A stretch of DNA of 64,000 nucleotides. It comes from Octopus vulgaris (taxonomy: Eukaryota). A program made the position numbers and the translations under genes. Within the stretch, counting starts at the first letter, position 1; each line of letters starts with the position of its first letter. The DNA is taken from positions 126,728,001 through 126,792,000 of the forward strand of contig OX597820.1 in the NCBI GenBank assembly GCA_951406725.2, in the 5' to 3' direction. Of the stretch, positions 39,245-53,229 are shown piece by piece. Under the pieces are notes generated by a model. It saw only the letters and a program-made list of their open reading frames with translations, searched no databases and had not been told where the DNA came from.

Positions 39245-40645
39245 CTGCAACAAGGCTTTGGTCGACCCAAGGCTATAGTAGAAGACACTTGCCCAAAGTG
39301 CCATGCAGTGGGACTGAACCTGGAACCATGTGGTTCGTAAAAAAGCTACTTACCACACAGCCACTCCTACACCTTATATATATATATGATGGACTTCTTT
39401 CAGTTTCCATCTACCAAATCCACTCAAAAGGTTTTGCTCAGCCCAAGGTTATAGTAGAAGACATTTGCCTAAGGTGCCACACAGTGGGACTGAATCTGGA
39501 ACCATGTGGTTGGGAAGAAAGTGTCGTACCACAACGACATTGTAGTGTAAGTGAGAGAGGCTGGATCTGGCCAATTTCAATATAAAATAAATTCTGGCCT
39601 GATATGACCATTTCAATGCGAAAGGATTAAATGCACCCAAAATAACCGAGTTAACGGCTGAGTTTAGTTATAAGTAGATCAAGTGAGGACCAATTTTCCA
39701 GTGGTACTGCAACAAGCCACAGCATTACCAGCGTGCAGAGCTGATTATAGATGTATCTAGAATAGCTAAAAAAAAAAAAAAAGACAAATTCTCAACAACC
39801 AGACACAGGTATGGCTGTGTGGTAAGAGGTTTACTTTCCAACCACATTGTTCCAGGTTCACTCACACTGCGTGGTACATTGAGCAATTGACTTCTATTAT
39901 AGCCTTAGGCTGACCATGACCTGGTAAGTGGATCTGAGAGAAGGAAACTGAAAGGAGCCTGATATGTATGCATACTTGTGTATGTGTGTGCTTGTGCTTG
40001 TTCCCCACCACCACTTGACAGCCAATGTAGGTGTGTTTACATCCTCGTAACTTAGCAGCTCAGCAAAACAGACTGGTGGAATAAGTTATGGGCTTAAAAA
40101 GAAAATCAGTAATGGGGCTGATTAGTCTGGCTAAAATTCCTCGAAGCAGAGCCCCAACATAGCCTCAATCGAAAGACAGGAACAAGTAAAAGAAAAAATA
40201 CAAATATTACAGGCATCGACGGTTAGTAAGGGGAGACACAAATAAGAAAGAAGAAAACAAAGGACCACTGATGAGGTCACAGGAGTGTGACAAAAGAACT
40301 CTGGCCGAAATAAGATCAAGATTAATGTAAAAAATAAATAACACTGAAGCAAAATAACACCAAATATATAGTGCGTGTGTTTTTATTGGCTAAACTGGCA
40401 AAATGACCATTCCGAAATATAACAATTATATTTTTTTTATATTATTAAAAAAAAAATAATAATATTACAATAATACATATACACAACAGGCTTCTTACAG
40501 TTTCCATCAACCAAATCTACTCATAAGGCTTTGGTCAACCCAAAGCTGTAGAAGAACACTTGCCTACCCAAGGTATCTCCCGGTGGAATTGAACCTGGAA
40601 CCAAGTGGTTGGGAAAGCAAGCTTCTTATCACACAGCCACACCTT
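39245..40645. mobile_element. Cluster of SINE family A copies (39245-39520 -, 39805-40200 +, 40485-40645 -)
   Basis: Repeated head/core matches. Confidence 0.8.
40262..40306 (+). ncRNA. Degenerate hammerhead motif (G12>A), same family as 45895-45937
   Basis: GGACCA CTGATGA G GTCAC aggagt GTGAC AAAA GAAC TC TGGCC. Confidence 0.5.
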
Positions 40646-41029
40646 GCATCATGCACACTATTCTCAAAATTCATTTAACTATAAGCAGTGAATTACAATA
40701 GAAATATTGTAACAAAAAGGATCACAAAATAATCTGTACATGTTTATATAAATACTCAGGCTACGATGAGAGTGAAGTTCCCGTTTTATAAGATGTAACA
40801 CAGAGGAAATGATAACAGATGCAGATAGCATCCTTTATCTCTTGTCATCTTGCTTTCCTTCCTCATAGAGTCCTCTTTATTTAAAAAAATCTCCAGACAC
40901 ACCCTTTTCTCTCTCCATCTTCACTACAAACATTATCTGTCTCCTCTTCTTCCTCCTTTTCTTCATCTTCTTCTTCCCTTCACCTCCTTATTTTAATCTT
41001 CCTCTTCCACCTCCCCTCACTTATCTTCC

Positions 41030-41148
41030 TCTTCCATCTTCTTCTTCTTCTTCTTCTTCTTCTTCTTCTTCATCTTCCTTTTCTTCTTCTTCTTCTTCTT
41101 CATCTTCCTTTTCTTCTTCTTCTTCTTCTTCTTCTTCTTCTTCCTTCT

Positions 41149-41183
<35 letters not shown>

Positions 41184-41285
41184 TTCTTCCTTTTCTTCTT
41201 CTTCTTCTTCTTCTTCTTCTTCTTCTTCTTCTTCTTCTTCTTCTTCTTCTTCTTCTTCCCCCCCTCCTCCTCCTTCTCCTTCCCT
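41030..41285. repeat. (CTT)n polypyrimidine array
   Basis: Direct reading. Confidence 0.95.
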
Positions 41286-41517
41286 GGTTTCTCATCCTTT
41301 TTTTAAGTTCTCTTTTCCTTCTTCTTCTCCCTTCTTTTACCTCTATTACTGCTATTAGCATCTCTATTCTTACATTTTTTTCTTCCCCTGCTGCTCAGTA
41401 GGTGTAAGCTAAGCCTACCATATTTACTCAACACATCTGATCTCAATTCTGCATCATTTCAATGAGGCACCAAAAGTTTAAAAATCTGGAAAACCAGCCT
41501 CACCACTTTGTCCCCAC

Positions 41518-41548
<31 letters not shown>

Positions 41549-41931
41549 GCATACACACAACTCATACACACATATACATATGCATTGCATATATAAATAC
41601 AGAGAGAGACAGGGAGACATACACACACACACACACACACAGATAGCTACATAGGTTTTCCATGCTAAATTAAGATCACAAAATACTTCTATTTGGAGGT
41701 CAGTCCTGGCATAAAATTCCCCCGAAAATAGTTTTCTGATTTTGTGTACATAAACGCCTAACTCACAGACTGAAGTAATATATGCATGAAGAAACAACAT
41801 ACAAGTCACGTACTTTATAGAATGAAGCTTGAATTTGCTGATTTCCAATACATTGTGATTTTTCTGTAACACGGAGAACAAAACGAAAGAATAAATTGGA
41901 AATATTAGTGACCTATATATATATATATATA

Positions 41932-42000
<69 letters not shown>

Positions 42001-42289
42001 ATATATGTGTGTATATATATAGGAGAAAGGACAAAATATTATTGCTTGGGAGAGAATGATGATGAGAATGATTAAAATGATGATGAGTGGAAAGGGTGGA
42101 AGATGGATGTGAGGAAAGAAATTTTATTTAATAAAAATGGCTATTTTGTGTGTGTGTGTGTGTGTGTATACATAAGGTGTTTGGGATAAATTCAATGATT
42201 TATTTTATATCACTTTCTCTTTCAGAAATAGCTTGATGTATTGGTGAATGAGAATTAAAGTAGTCGTTGACAAAAACTTAGCTGATAGG

Positions 42290-42760
42290 GAGAGCTAGAA
42301 GCCATCTGCGAACTGAGAAAGAGAATATCTATGACTTCACCAGCTCCAATTTCTGGCCTCTTGATTCCCCTGATTGTTATTCCATCGATCACTATGTTTG
42401 AGGCTGTTGGATGGCCGTTGACTACGCTGTAGTTCTTCTGCCCTTTAGCAGGTCTTATTTTTTGTCCTGCAGGGTGTCCAACAAACACCCGCCTCACCAA
42501 GCAAGCCTGGTGGGGTTGCCAGTTTATTCGCCAATGACCCGACCATGTAACAGGTTGTACTGGACTACATGGTACCAGTAGCATAATTGAGAAAGGTATA
42601 CAACTACTCTGTCTGCAATATCATGACTGAGCTTGTGGCCAAGATCAAGGAGATGTTTAAATATCTTCCCAGGGACACAGTGAGGGACACATGCACCAGG
42701 TTCTGGAGCCATCTTAAGGTTGTAGCGGAAGCTGAGGGGAATTATATGATGCTTCATGCT
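42290..42760 (+). mobile_element. DD37D (maT-like) transposase remnant interrupted by an insert of about 190 bp
   Basis: ENIYDFTSSNFWPLDSPDCYSIDHYV and ELVAKIKEMF..LPRDTVRDTCTRFWSHLKVVAEAEGNY. Confidence 0.75.
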
Positions 42761-42835
42761 AGGTATCAAAATGCTGACATCATAACTGCTGCCCAATGCT
42801 GTGTAAACACTACAAAGGCTGTGAGATGTGACATG

Positions 42836-43150
42836 TTGTTTGTTGTTGTTGTTTGTTCCTTCTCGAGTCATGTCTGGCTCATAAGGGCCAGTTTCCCAGT
42901 TTCCTTGGCGTATAGGTTCCCAACCTGGACGGGATGCCAGTCCGTCGCAGGTGAGCTGCAAGATGCAGGAGGAAAGAGTGAGAGAAAGTTGTGGTGAAAG
43001 AGTCAGTAGAAGTTCGCCATTACCTTCTGCTGGAGCCGTGTGGAGCTTGTATGGAGCTTATAAACACACACACTGCCCAGTCTGAGATTCGAACCCGCGA
43101 TCCCTCGACTGCGAGTTCGCTGCTCTAACCTCAAGGCCATGTGCCTCCAC
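42836..43150 (-). mobile_element. SINE family C variant with V-domain-like segment and (AAC)n tail
   Basis: tRNA head, gcgacggactggcatcccgtccagg segment, tail aacaacaac. Confidence 0.85.
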
Positions 43151-43720
43151 AATGTGACATGGACATCTGCAATGGAGAATATGAAGCTCTGGCCAGCAGT
43201 AAGGGATATAGAGGGCATTCTGGTTTCTTCAAGCCAGAATTCATCCCTACACCTTTGAACAGGGCCTTAGGCTCAGTTCAGGCAGCTATGTGAAGCTACC
43301 TGAGGCTGTTGTGTAGCAGCAGGATACAGCTCCTTGCCACACCTCCAGAAACACCCAGAAGTGGCTGCTGGATAATTTCCGTGACTTCACTAGTGCCAGT
43401 TTCTGGCTTCCTAATTCTTCTGATGGTAATGCCATGGATTAGTAAATGCAAGGTGCAGTTGAGAAAAACACCAAATCTACTGCCTGCCATATCAAAGCCA
43501 AGCTTGTGACCAAGATCAAGGAGATGTCAAGGATCTTCCCAGGGACATAGTGAGGAATGCATCCATCAGGTTCTGGAGCTGTCTTGAGGCTGGAGTAGAA
43601 GCTAAGTGTAGCAACTTTGAGTAAACTGTTATCTGCCAGCCATAATCTAGTTGACATTTTTTGATTTTTTAAAATACTTTTATTTTTGGGTGAGATATTT
43701 TGTTTTCCTTTTCTATTTAG
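43150..43720 (+). mobile_element. DD37D (maT-like) transposase remnant
   Basis: QQD-TAPCHTSRNTQKWLLDNFRDFTSASFWLPNSSDGNAM-D has exactly 37 residues between the second and third Asp. Confidence 0.82.
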
Positions 43721-43750
43721 GCAAACTAACAAATTTAACCTGATCAACCA

Positions 43751-43795
<45 letters not shown>

Positions 43796-45249
43796 TACAC
43801 ACACACACACACATATGTATATATATATATATATATCTTTATCTTATACTTGTTTCAGTCATTTGACGTGCAGCCATGGTAGCACTGCCTTTGGACGAGT
43901 TCAAATCGACCCTGGGACTTATTCTTTGTAAGCCCAGTACTTATTCTATCAGTCTATATATATATATATACCGCTATATACGTATATATACACCAGCATT
44001 GGTTGTCAAGCAATGCTATACAGACACACAAACATACACGCATACATATATATATACACATATATATGTATGTATGTACTTGTGTATATGTATATGATGG
44101 ACACCTCCTATCAAAAACAACATATGTGTTCAGCTTTTTCTCCTAAACGACCTGCACAAATGATTTATTTATAGTGATTAGAGGTATGAGTTGTGCATTA
44201 ATCATTTCTACTACAGGCACAGGCCTGAAACTTGGAGAAGGGGTCAAGTTGATAACATTGACCCCAGTACTCAACTGGTACTTATTTTATTGACCCCAAA
44301 ATGATGAAAGGCAAAGTCGACCTTGGTGGAATTTGAACTCAGAATCTGAAGATGGACAATATATCACCAAGCATTTTGCCCAGTGTGCTAACAATTCTGC
44401 CAGCTGGCCGCCTTTCCCAATTACAAACAATAGCAATGGTTCACTACCTGAATTGGTTGATCTTGACCATTGGTAGCTTGTTCTCTGTTGATCCACTTAG
44501 CATCCAATGATATTTGCCATTGACTCAATAAGTTCATCTGCTGAAATAGTTTAACATTCACCATGAGTTCAACATACTCTGGCTCAGCTGCTTAGAGCTG
44601 GGGCTCTGATTACTATTATTAACCGGGGTCAGAATAGGCTTGGGAACACTAAGAGATGATTCTACACTCCTCAAAGCCCTGGAACTCCCAAACCAGGTTC
44701 CCACTACCAGTTACAGTTTAAATACATAGTGTCTTTGAAAAGGAGATGTGATGGTCATGGCTAGAGTGCCTGTGATCATAAGTCTGCTTGGTCAGGTCTC
44801 TCCTTGGGTTAAACAATAACAGTAGTTTCATAGATTGTTTTGCATGACACCTGGTGTGAAATTGTGTATTGAAACAGATTTTGTTATGTTTCGGGGTTCT
44901 TTTATTCTTTTATTTTTCTGTTTCAGTCATTTGACTGAGGCCATGCTGGAGCACCACCTTGAAGAGTTTTAGTCAAGCTAATTGACCCCAGAACTTTTTT
45001 TTTTTAAGCCTAGTACTACTTATTATATCAGTCTCTTTTACTGAATCACTAAGTTAACACATCAACATTGGTTGTCATGACAGGCTTCTTTCAATTTCTG
45101 TCAACTAAATCTTCTCACAATACTTTGGTTGGCCTGAGGCTATAGTAGAAGAGACTTGCCCAAGGTACCACGCAATGGGACTGAACCCAAAACCACGTGG
45201 TAGGGAAGCAAGTTTCTTACCACACAGCCACACCTGCACATTCTTACCA

Positions 45250-46030
45250 CACATTTTCTTTTTTTTTTGCCAAATAAACAAACGCACAATATATTCATTT
45301 TTCACTTCAGCTTTATTATTCAGTTCTATATTTAAGAGATGAGGAATTATGTACATTTTTTACATTATTTACAAATGACGGATATTTGTCCTCATCTTGT
45401 TTGTTGTTAACATAATGTTTCGGCTGATATACCCTCCAGCCTTCATCAAGTGTCTTGGGGAAATTCCAAACCTGGGTTCTCATTCCTAAGGTATTTTTCA
45501 ATGTTGTTATTATTATTATTATTATTCACGTCACTGACCAGAATCGGACTCGGAATCTTGGGGTTAGTAGTCCACTAAGTGATATGCCCGTGCGCTTTTC
45601 CCAAGACATCTGATGAAGGTTGGTGGGTGTATCAACCAAAATGTGTTAACAATAAACAAGATGAGGACAAATATCCATCAATTGTAAATAACATAAATAA
45701 GCTTTATCATTGTTCTTGTTTTATGTCCTTTGTCCAGAAATATTTTGTGACACATCTGTGACCTCTTAAGTGACTGTCCATGTCTCCTGCTGTCTTGTTT
45801 ATTTCACTCTGTTTCTTTGGTGTCTTTCTATGGTGTGTCAGACCACAGAAAGGCAGAATGGACTAAACAGAACAGGAGACACATATGATGGAGAGTCGCT
45901 GAAGAGGTCACAGGATGAGTGATGAAAGATTTCAGACAAAGATCACTAAAATAGGAACAATGATAAAGCTGGAGTGAAGAGCAAGCATAAAGTACATGAG
46001 TTTATTTGGCACACACAAAAAAATGTGACT
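45250..46030. mobile_element. Old foldback (inverted-arm) element carrying hammerhead motifs, with its left arm interrupted by 45321-45699
   Basis: 45250-45320 joined to 45700-45810 is the reverse complement of about 45865-46030. Motif GTCG CTGAAGA G GTCAC..GTGAT GAAA GAT TTC AGAC at 45895-45937. Confidence 0.7.
45321..45699 (-). mobile_element. tRNA-head / hammerhead-tail element (family D), copy 1, with inverted tail copy
   Basis: TSD agctttat(t/c)att at 45309-45320 and 45700-45711. tRNA-like head 45525-45592 (-). Hammerheads at 45409-45454 (-) and 45605-45647 (+). Confidence 0.85.
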
Positions 46031-46504
46031 ATCCCAAAATCTAACAAAGACAAGATAAAGTAAGAGGTATGGCTGTGTGGCTAAGGATGCTTGCTCAGCA
46101 GCTAAATGGTTTCAGGTTCAATCCCATTGCACTGCAATTTGAACAAATATGTTTTATAGCAGTTTTGTGAGTGAAAATTTTTGGTAGCTCATTAGAGGAA
46201 CCATTCCTATTCTTATATGCTAGAATGAATCTATTATTTTATTTAACACCACCACTTAGCTTTTAGGTGCTTTTACCAGAGTCTACTCTAGTACAAGAAT
46301 TCAGAGCAAGTCTTTAGCCTGAAGATAATTTTCAATCTTCCTTTGACCAGTTGCATTGATCATGATATGAGCCATGACCTGCCCTGAATGCTTTTACCAG
46401 CTAAAAAATATCTGGAAAATCATACAAGATTACCAAATCAAAATTTTTCAACAAAGGAAACTAATAATAAATAAAAGAATCAAAACACTGTTCTTTGCAG
46501 AAGA

Positions 46505-46940
46505 CCAATCATCATCATCACCATCATCATCATCATTGCCATCATCACCATCATCATCAACACCACTAACATCATCATCATCATCATGACCATTGTCGTC
46601 GTCGTCATCATCATCATCATCATCATCATCATTGTCGTCGTCATTATCATCATCACCACTAACATCACCATCACCACCACCACTACCACCACCACCATCA
46701 CCACCACCACAACAATCATTATCATCATCATCACAACCACTAGACATATACGCCTGTAACAAACCACTGTAAGCACTACCACTACACCCCCAAGCTCATC
46801 ACCACGACCAATTCAACCATCAACTACTACAACTACCAACACTAACACCACCACCAACACAAACAGCACTACCACCACCACCACCACCACTGCCACCGCC
46901 ACCACTACCACCACCTCCACTACAACCACTACTACAGCTA
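46505..46940. repeat. (CAT/CAC/CAA)n low-complexity tract
   Basis: Direct reading. Confidence 0.9.
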
Positions 46941-47312
46941 TCAGTTATTCCTCTGTACCATTCTATAGAATGTTAGGAACCACTTAATTATGGTTTCTGC
47001 CCAGACACATAAAGGGGGGTGGGGGTGGAGAAAAGAGAATGAGGAGAGGGGAAGAAAAAGAAAGGAAAATAAAGAAAAACAAGAGAGAGAAAGAGAGAGT
47101 GAGAAAGAGAGAGTGAGTGACTGAGTGAGTGAGAGAGAAAGAGAGAGAGATTCAACGAGGTTCTTGGAAGATAAAGTTATCAATGATGGTAGTCTGGATA
47201 TCATACTTGGAATGATGTGTTTGATGATAACCAAACTGATGATGGTATCTTTTTGTGAAGTGGCACAAGTACTACAGAGATGGAATGTGAAGTAATATCT
47301 GTGTGTGCACAC

Positions 47313-47371
<59 letters not shown>

Positions 47372-47514
47372 CTGTTTGTATAAAATCTTCTTGTCAGCAT
47401 TCATGTTCGGCTCTAAGTATGTGGGCTTATGTTTGTGTGAATGTGTATGGATGTCTGTGCAACACAAGCATACATACAAACGTATACACATGCATGTATA
47501 TATGCATATATACA

Positions 47515-47546
<32 letters not shown>

Positions 47547-47557
47547 ACACACACACA

Positions 47558-47591
<34 letters not shown>

Positions 47592-47592
47592 C

Positions 47593-47625
<33 letters not shown>

Positions 47626-47630
47626 CATAT

Positions 47631-48483
47631 AAGAAGCATCAGTTGTGGTGTGCAAGAGAGACGTTTGCGCTGGTATGGTCATGTGGCGAGAATGGATGAA
47701 GATAGTTGTGTGAAAAGTGCCACACCCTAGCGGTTGAGGGAACCTGTGGAAGAGGCAGACCCAGGAAAACCTGGGACGAGGTGGTGAAGCACGACCTTCG
47801 AACTTTAGGTCTCACCGAGGAAATGACTAGAGACCGAGACCTCTGGAAGTGTGCTGTGCGCGAGAAGACCCGGCAGGACAAGTGAGTCCACAACCCGTGG
47901 CCTTCTACATGGGATGGAGCCAGCCTACGTATGCATACCTTCCCTTCTTGGGACACAAAACTCTACTTGTGAAGACGTGTTGAGGCAAGTGAGGATCAGA
48001 ATCGAAATCGATCAATGGAAATTGCGGATGTGCTACCAGTGCCGGTGGCATGTCGAAACTCTGCTTGTGAAGACCCATTGAGGCAAGTGAGGATCAGAAT
48101 CGAAATCGATCAATGGAAATTGCAGATGTGTTACCAGTGCCGGTGGCATGTAAGAGAACCTTCCGTTTCGCGACCGTTGCCAGCACCGCCCCATTTCGTG
48201 TTCGTTGCCAGCCTCGCCTGGCCCTCGTGCCGGTGGCACATAAAAAAACACCATCCGTTCGTGGCCGTTTGCCAGCTCTGGCTGGCACCAGTGCGGGTGG
48301 CACGTAAAAAGCACCCACTACACTCACGGAGTGGTTGGCGTTAGGAAGGGCATCCAGCCGTAGAAACACTGCCAGATTTGACTGGGCCTGATGAAGCCTT
48401 CTGGCTTCACAGACCCCAGCAGAACGTCCAACCCATGCTAGCATGGAAAACGGACGCTAAATGATGATGATGATGATGATGAT
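47631..48483 (+). mobile_element. Young 5'-truncated RTE-clade LINE (ORF C-terminus, 3' UTR with 98-bp tandem duplication, (GAT)n tail)
   Basis: [19 protein letters not shown]/(frameshift)[44 protein letters not shown]. Units at 47958 and 48056. Confidence 0.93.
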
Positions 48484-48496
48484 ACATATATATATG

Positions 48497-48532
<36 letters not shown>

Positions 48533-48573
48533 TATATACATATATATATATACACACACACACACATATGTAC

Positions 48574-48604
<31 letters not shown>

Positions 48605-48983
48605 TATATTGTTACTATTATGCAAAAGTGTTGTAAGTCCAAAATATTGCTTTTTTCAAAAAACAAAAAAAATAGTTTCGCCATTCCATTTCTTTTTACA
48701 TTAGCAACAGTTTCAGATTAACGATAATACTTTATTGGTTGCATAAAATCATAACTCCATGCATGTATGTATGATATTTTCAGTCAGAAATGTTTTTGCA
48801 TAACTGTCATATGGTTTGCTACACTTATGAAAAATGCTAAACCGTTGCACTGCACTTTGGAAATTTTCATCTGAAGCAGTTGGAGACATGGTAGTGGGAC
48901 CAAAAGAGCCAGCTATTGCTAGCAAAATTAAATATTTAAAAAACACATTTAGCCAAACAAACGACAGTTTAACATAATAGCAG

Positions 48984-49048
<65 letters not shown>

Positions 49049-49180
49049 TATAATTATATATATATGTATATATATAAGAATTTTTTGCGTAATAAGATAA
49101 AAAACCAAGGGTGTATAGATATTATAGCATTTATAGAGCATTACCTGACAGCTTTGGGTCTCAATGACACCATTATCTCT

Positions 49181-49214
<34 letters not shown>

Positions 49215-49216
<2 letters not shown>

Positions 49217-49525
49217 GAGGTGCAATGGCCCATTGGTTAGGGCAGTGGACTCGCTGTCGGAGGATTGTGGTTTTGATTCCCAGACGGGGTGTTGTGTGTG
49301 TTTATTGAGCAAAAACACCTAAAGCTCCACGAGGCTCTGGCAGGGGATGGTGGCGACCCCTGTTGTGCTATTTCATCCCAACTTCCTATCACTCTCTGTT
49401 CCTGTTTCTTGAGTAACACTGCAATGGACTGGCGTCCCATCCTGCTGGGGAGAACACATACACCATAGAAACCGGGAAACCGGGCTCATGAGCGTAGCTA
49501 GGCTTGAAAAGGGCACATAAAAGAA
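49215..49525 (+). mobile_element. SINE family C with V-domain-like segment
   Basis: Head as in 35160-35532, plus gcaatggactggcgtcccatcc. Confidence 0.88.
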
Positions 49526-49532
49526 AATATAT

Positions 49533-50470
<938 letters not shown>

Positions 50471-50576
50471 ATTATTAAAATTCTGTTCTTCTATATCAAA
50501 TAGACGAAATCATCTATAATGACAACTGGAACTTCATAAGTGTTATAGCTCTGATATATATATATATATATATATA

Positions 50577-50789
50577 TCACCTTGATCACCTTGACCGACC
50601 AGTCCGTCAGGTGTCCATTTGACACTGCTGGTCAAAGCACACTGTCCACTCCTCTCTGGATCATGCCTTTCTCATCTACGTGATCCCAATCACCCTCCTG
50701 AGATCGTAACTCCACCATCGTGGAGGCCTTCTGGGTGATCGTTTCCACTCGCGCAGGTACCACTCGACAACTGCGCGGGTCCACCGATT
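50577..50789 (-). mobile_element. 3' end of a second RTE-type LINE family
   Basis: NRWTRAVVEWYLREWKRSPRRPPRWWSYDLRRVIG. Tail ggtcggtcaaggtgatcaaggtgata. Confidence 0.85.
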
Positions 50790-50809
50790 ATATATATATA
50801 TATATATAT

Positions 50810-50880
<71 letters not shown>

Positions 50881-51305
50881 TAATATATATATATTTATAT
50901 ATATACATACATATGTATGTATGGGTACAAATGTGTGTATATTCTTGAAACCACTGCAATGTGTGTAAACATATATCTAATGTATTTATCTCAGTATGCG
51001 TATATGTGTCTGTGTGTCTATGTGAGAGAGAGAGAAAGAGAGATAAAGAGAAAGAAAGAAAGTGAGAGAGAAAGAGAGAGAAAGAGAAAGAAAGAAAGTG
51101 AGAGAGAAAGAGAGAGAAAGAGAAAGAAAGAAAGAAAGTGTGAGAGAAAGAAGCGGAGAGATAAGTAGGCAGACGGACAGACAGATGGAGATTGTGCATG
51201 TGTTTTGGTCATTTCCAAAGCAAAACATATTTTTGTCAAAACCTACTCAAAGTAGATGAGAAGTGTAATAATGTTTAAATCTGTAGTTACACTTGATCTA
51301 TATAG

Positions 51306-51355
<50 letters not shown>

Positions 51356-51754
51356 TACTACTACTACTACTACTATTATTATTGTTGTTGTTGTTATTTT
51401 CTTATAAAATCATTATCATTCTTTTTTTAACACACAGGAGACATAGCACTCCACAGACATTGTATCTGTGTCTCCAGACAAGTCAATTCCATGAATGTGT
51501 TTCTTTCCAAAGAAAAGAGAGTTCTTCCTGCTGAAGCTCCCCAAGATGTCTCCTGGCCTGCTTACGTTGCTGCTGTTTTGCCCAGCTGCTGCCTGCAGCG
51601 ATTTACATGCAAGAAACACGAAAGAAACACCCACCATTCTTGCCATCAGATGAGCACTCTCTAAGTTCGGGTTCAGAAATATTAACCCAATTCTTTTTCA
51701 AATTGAAGCCAGCCATGTTCATTGCTACAACAGACCCAACACCTTTAATGAAAG

Positions 51755-52220
51755 GGATCTTTTCGCTTTGAACGGCAGTTTTTTAAAATAATTTCCATGT
51801 AACTAAACACTTTTAAACTTCGTATACTGGTAGAATGTGTTTATAAAACATCTTTTTCTCTTGGCTTTATTGAGAAAATTCTGTAGTTTGTAAGCTATTT
51901 GTTGTTTAATTTCTTGCATTTCGGCAATTTCAACCAATCAATGACGTCTATTGAGGGGAATACAATAGAGGTGAATACAGAAAATGTTGTTGACAAAGAA
52001 CTGGAGAAATTGTATTCCCCTCAATAGACGTCATTGATTGGTTGAAATTGCCAAAACTGCAAGAAACTAAACAACAAATAGCTTACAAACTATAGAATTT
52101 TCTCAAGAAAGCCAAGAAAAAGAGATGTTTTATGTAACACATTCTACCATTATACAAAGTTTAAAAGTGTTTAGTTACAAAGAAATTATTTTTAAAATCT
52201 GCCGGTCAAAGCGAAAAGGT
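51755..52220. mobile_element. Foldback MITE built from two left ends of the 61842-62233 element
   Basis: Arms 51755-51966 and 52009-52220. Starts GGATCTTTTCG.TTTGAACGGCAGTTTT. Confidence 0.88.
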
Positions 52221-52351
52221 GTATGGTTCAGAAGCTTGCTTTGTAACCACGTGGTTTCAGGTTCAATCTCACTATGAGCCACTTTGAGCTACTAGCACCA
52301 TGCCAACCAATGCCTTATGAGTGAATTTGGTTGGTGGAAACTGTGTACAAG

Positions 52352-52380
<29 letters not shown>

Positions 52381-52382
<2 letters not shown>

Positions 52383-52970
52383 TTGGTGAATTGAAGAAAT
52401 GGAGCTGAACGCAGATTGAACAGAAATCGTTTTATTTCATTCTACACGTGTTTCGAAAGGCACAATTTACCAAAATCCGATTGAATAATGGGACCATATT
52501 GTGTCTTTCTCTTCAGGAAGAAATAGGAAATCCATTGGAAAAAACAAAAACAGAACAGAGGCGGAGCAAAACAAATCGAACTAGGCTCCTAAGAGCCCAT
52601 GGCGAAACTAGTTCGATTTGTTTTGCTCCGCCTCTGTTCTGTTTTTGTTTTTTCCAACGGATTTCCTATTTCTTCCTGAAGAGAAAGACACAATATGGTC
52701 CCATTATTCAATCGGATTTTGGTAAATTTGTGCCTTTCGAAACACGTGTAGAATGAAATAAAACGATTTCTGTTCAATCTGCGTTCAGCTCCATTTCTTC
52801 AATTCACCAATAATATTTTAATTTCAATTATCCGCACCAACGCACGGTTGCAACACCATATGGTTGTACCTCCAACCGTGCTGTTTACTGCTGTGATTTT
52901 TGCTACCAAGGTATCGGTTAAACTTTTGATTAATCTACTACAAGATTATTCATCTTTCTATTTCACATAA
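52381..52970. mobile_element. (TA)n-embedded Penelope-like terminal structure: near-perfect inverted repeat of about 203 bp plus a one-sided extension
   Basis: 52382-52584 versus 52608-52811, 23-bp spacer, about 2 differences. Confidence 0.9.
52667..52760 (+). ncRNA. Intact type I hammerhead ribozyme (mirror copy at 52433-52525 -)
   Basis: TATTTCTTC CTGAAGA GAAAGACACAA..TTGTGCCTTTC GAAA CACGTG TA GAATGAAATA. Confidence 0.85.
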
Positions 52971-52989
52971 TATATATATATATATATTG

Positions 52990-53198
52990 TCTTGCAAGTG
53001 CTTGGTGACCTTGTCTGTGCAGATACCACTTAAAAGCACCCAATCTACACTGTAAAGTGGTTGGTGTTCAGAAGGGCATCCAGCTGTAAAAATCCTGCCA
53101 AAACAGTCACAGAACTCAGGTGCAGGCTTCGGCCTAGTCAGCTCCTGCCAAACTGTCACAACCATGGAAGGCAGACATTAAACGAAGATGATGATGAT

Positions 53199-53200
<2 letters not shown>
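52990..53200 (+). mobile_element. RTE-type 3' UTR fragment
   Basis: gaagggcatccagctgtaaaaa...ttaaacgaagatgatgat. Confidence 0.75.

Positions 53201-53229
<29 letters not shown>

Noticed and set aside
51546-51653. 35-aa ORF with a signal-peptide-like start (MSPGLLTLLLFCPAAACS)
   Set aside because: Too short, with no splice or homology support, and expected by chance.
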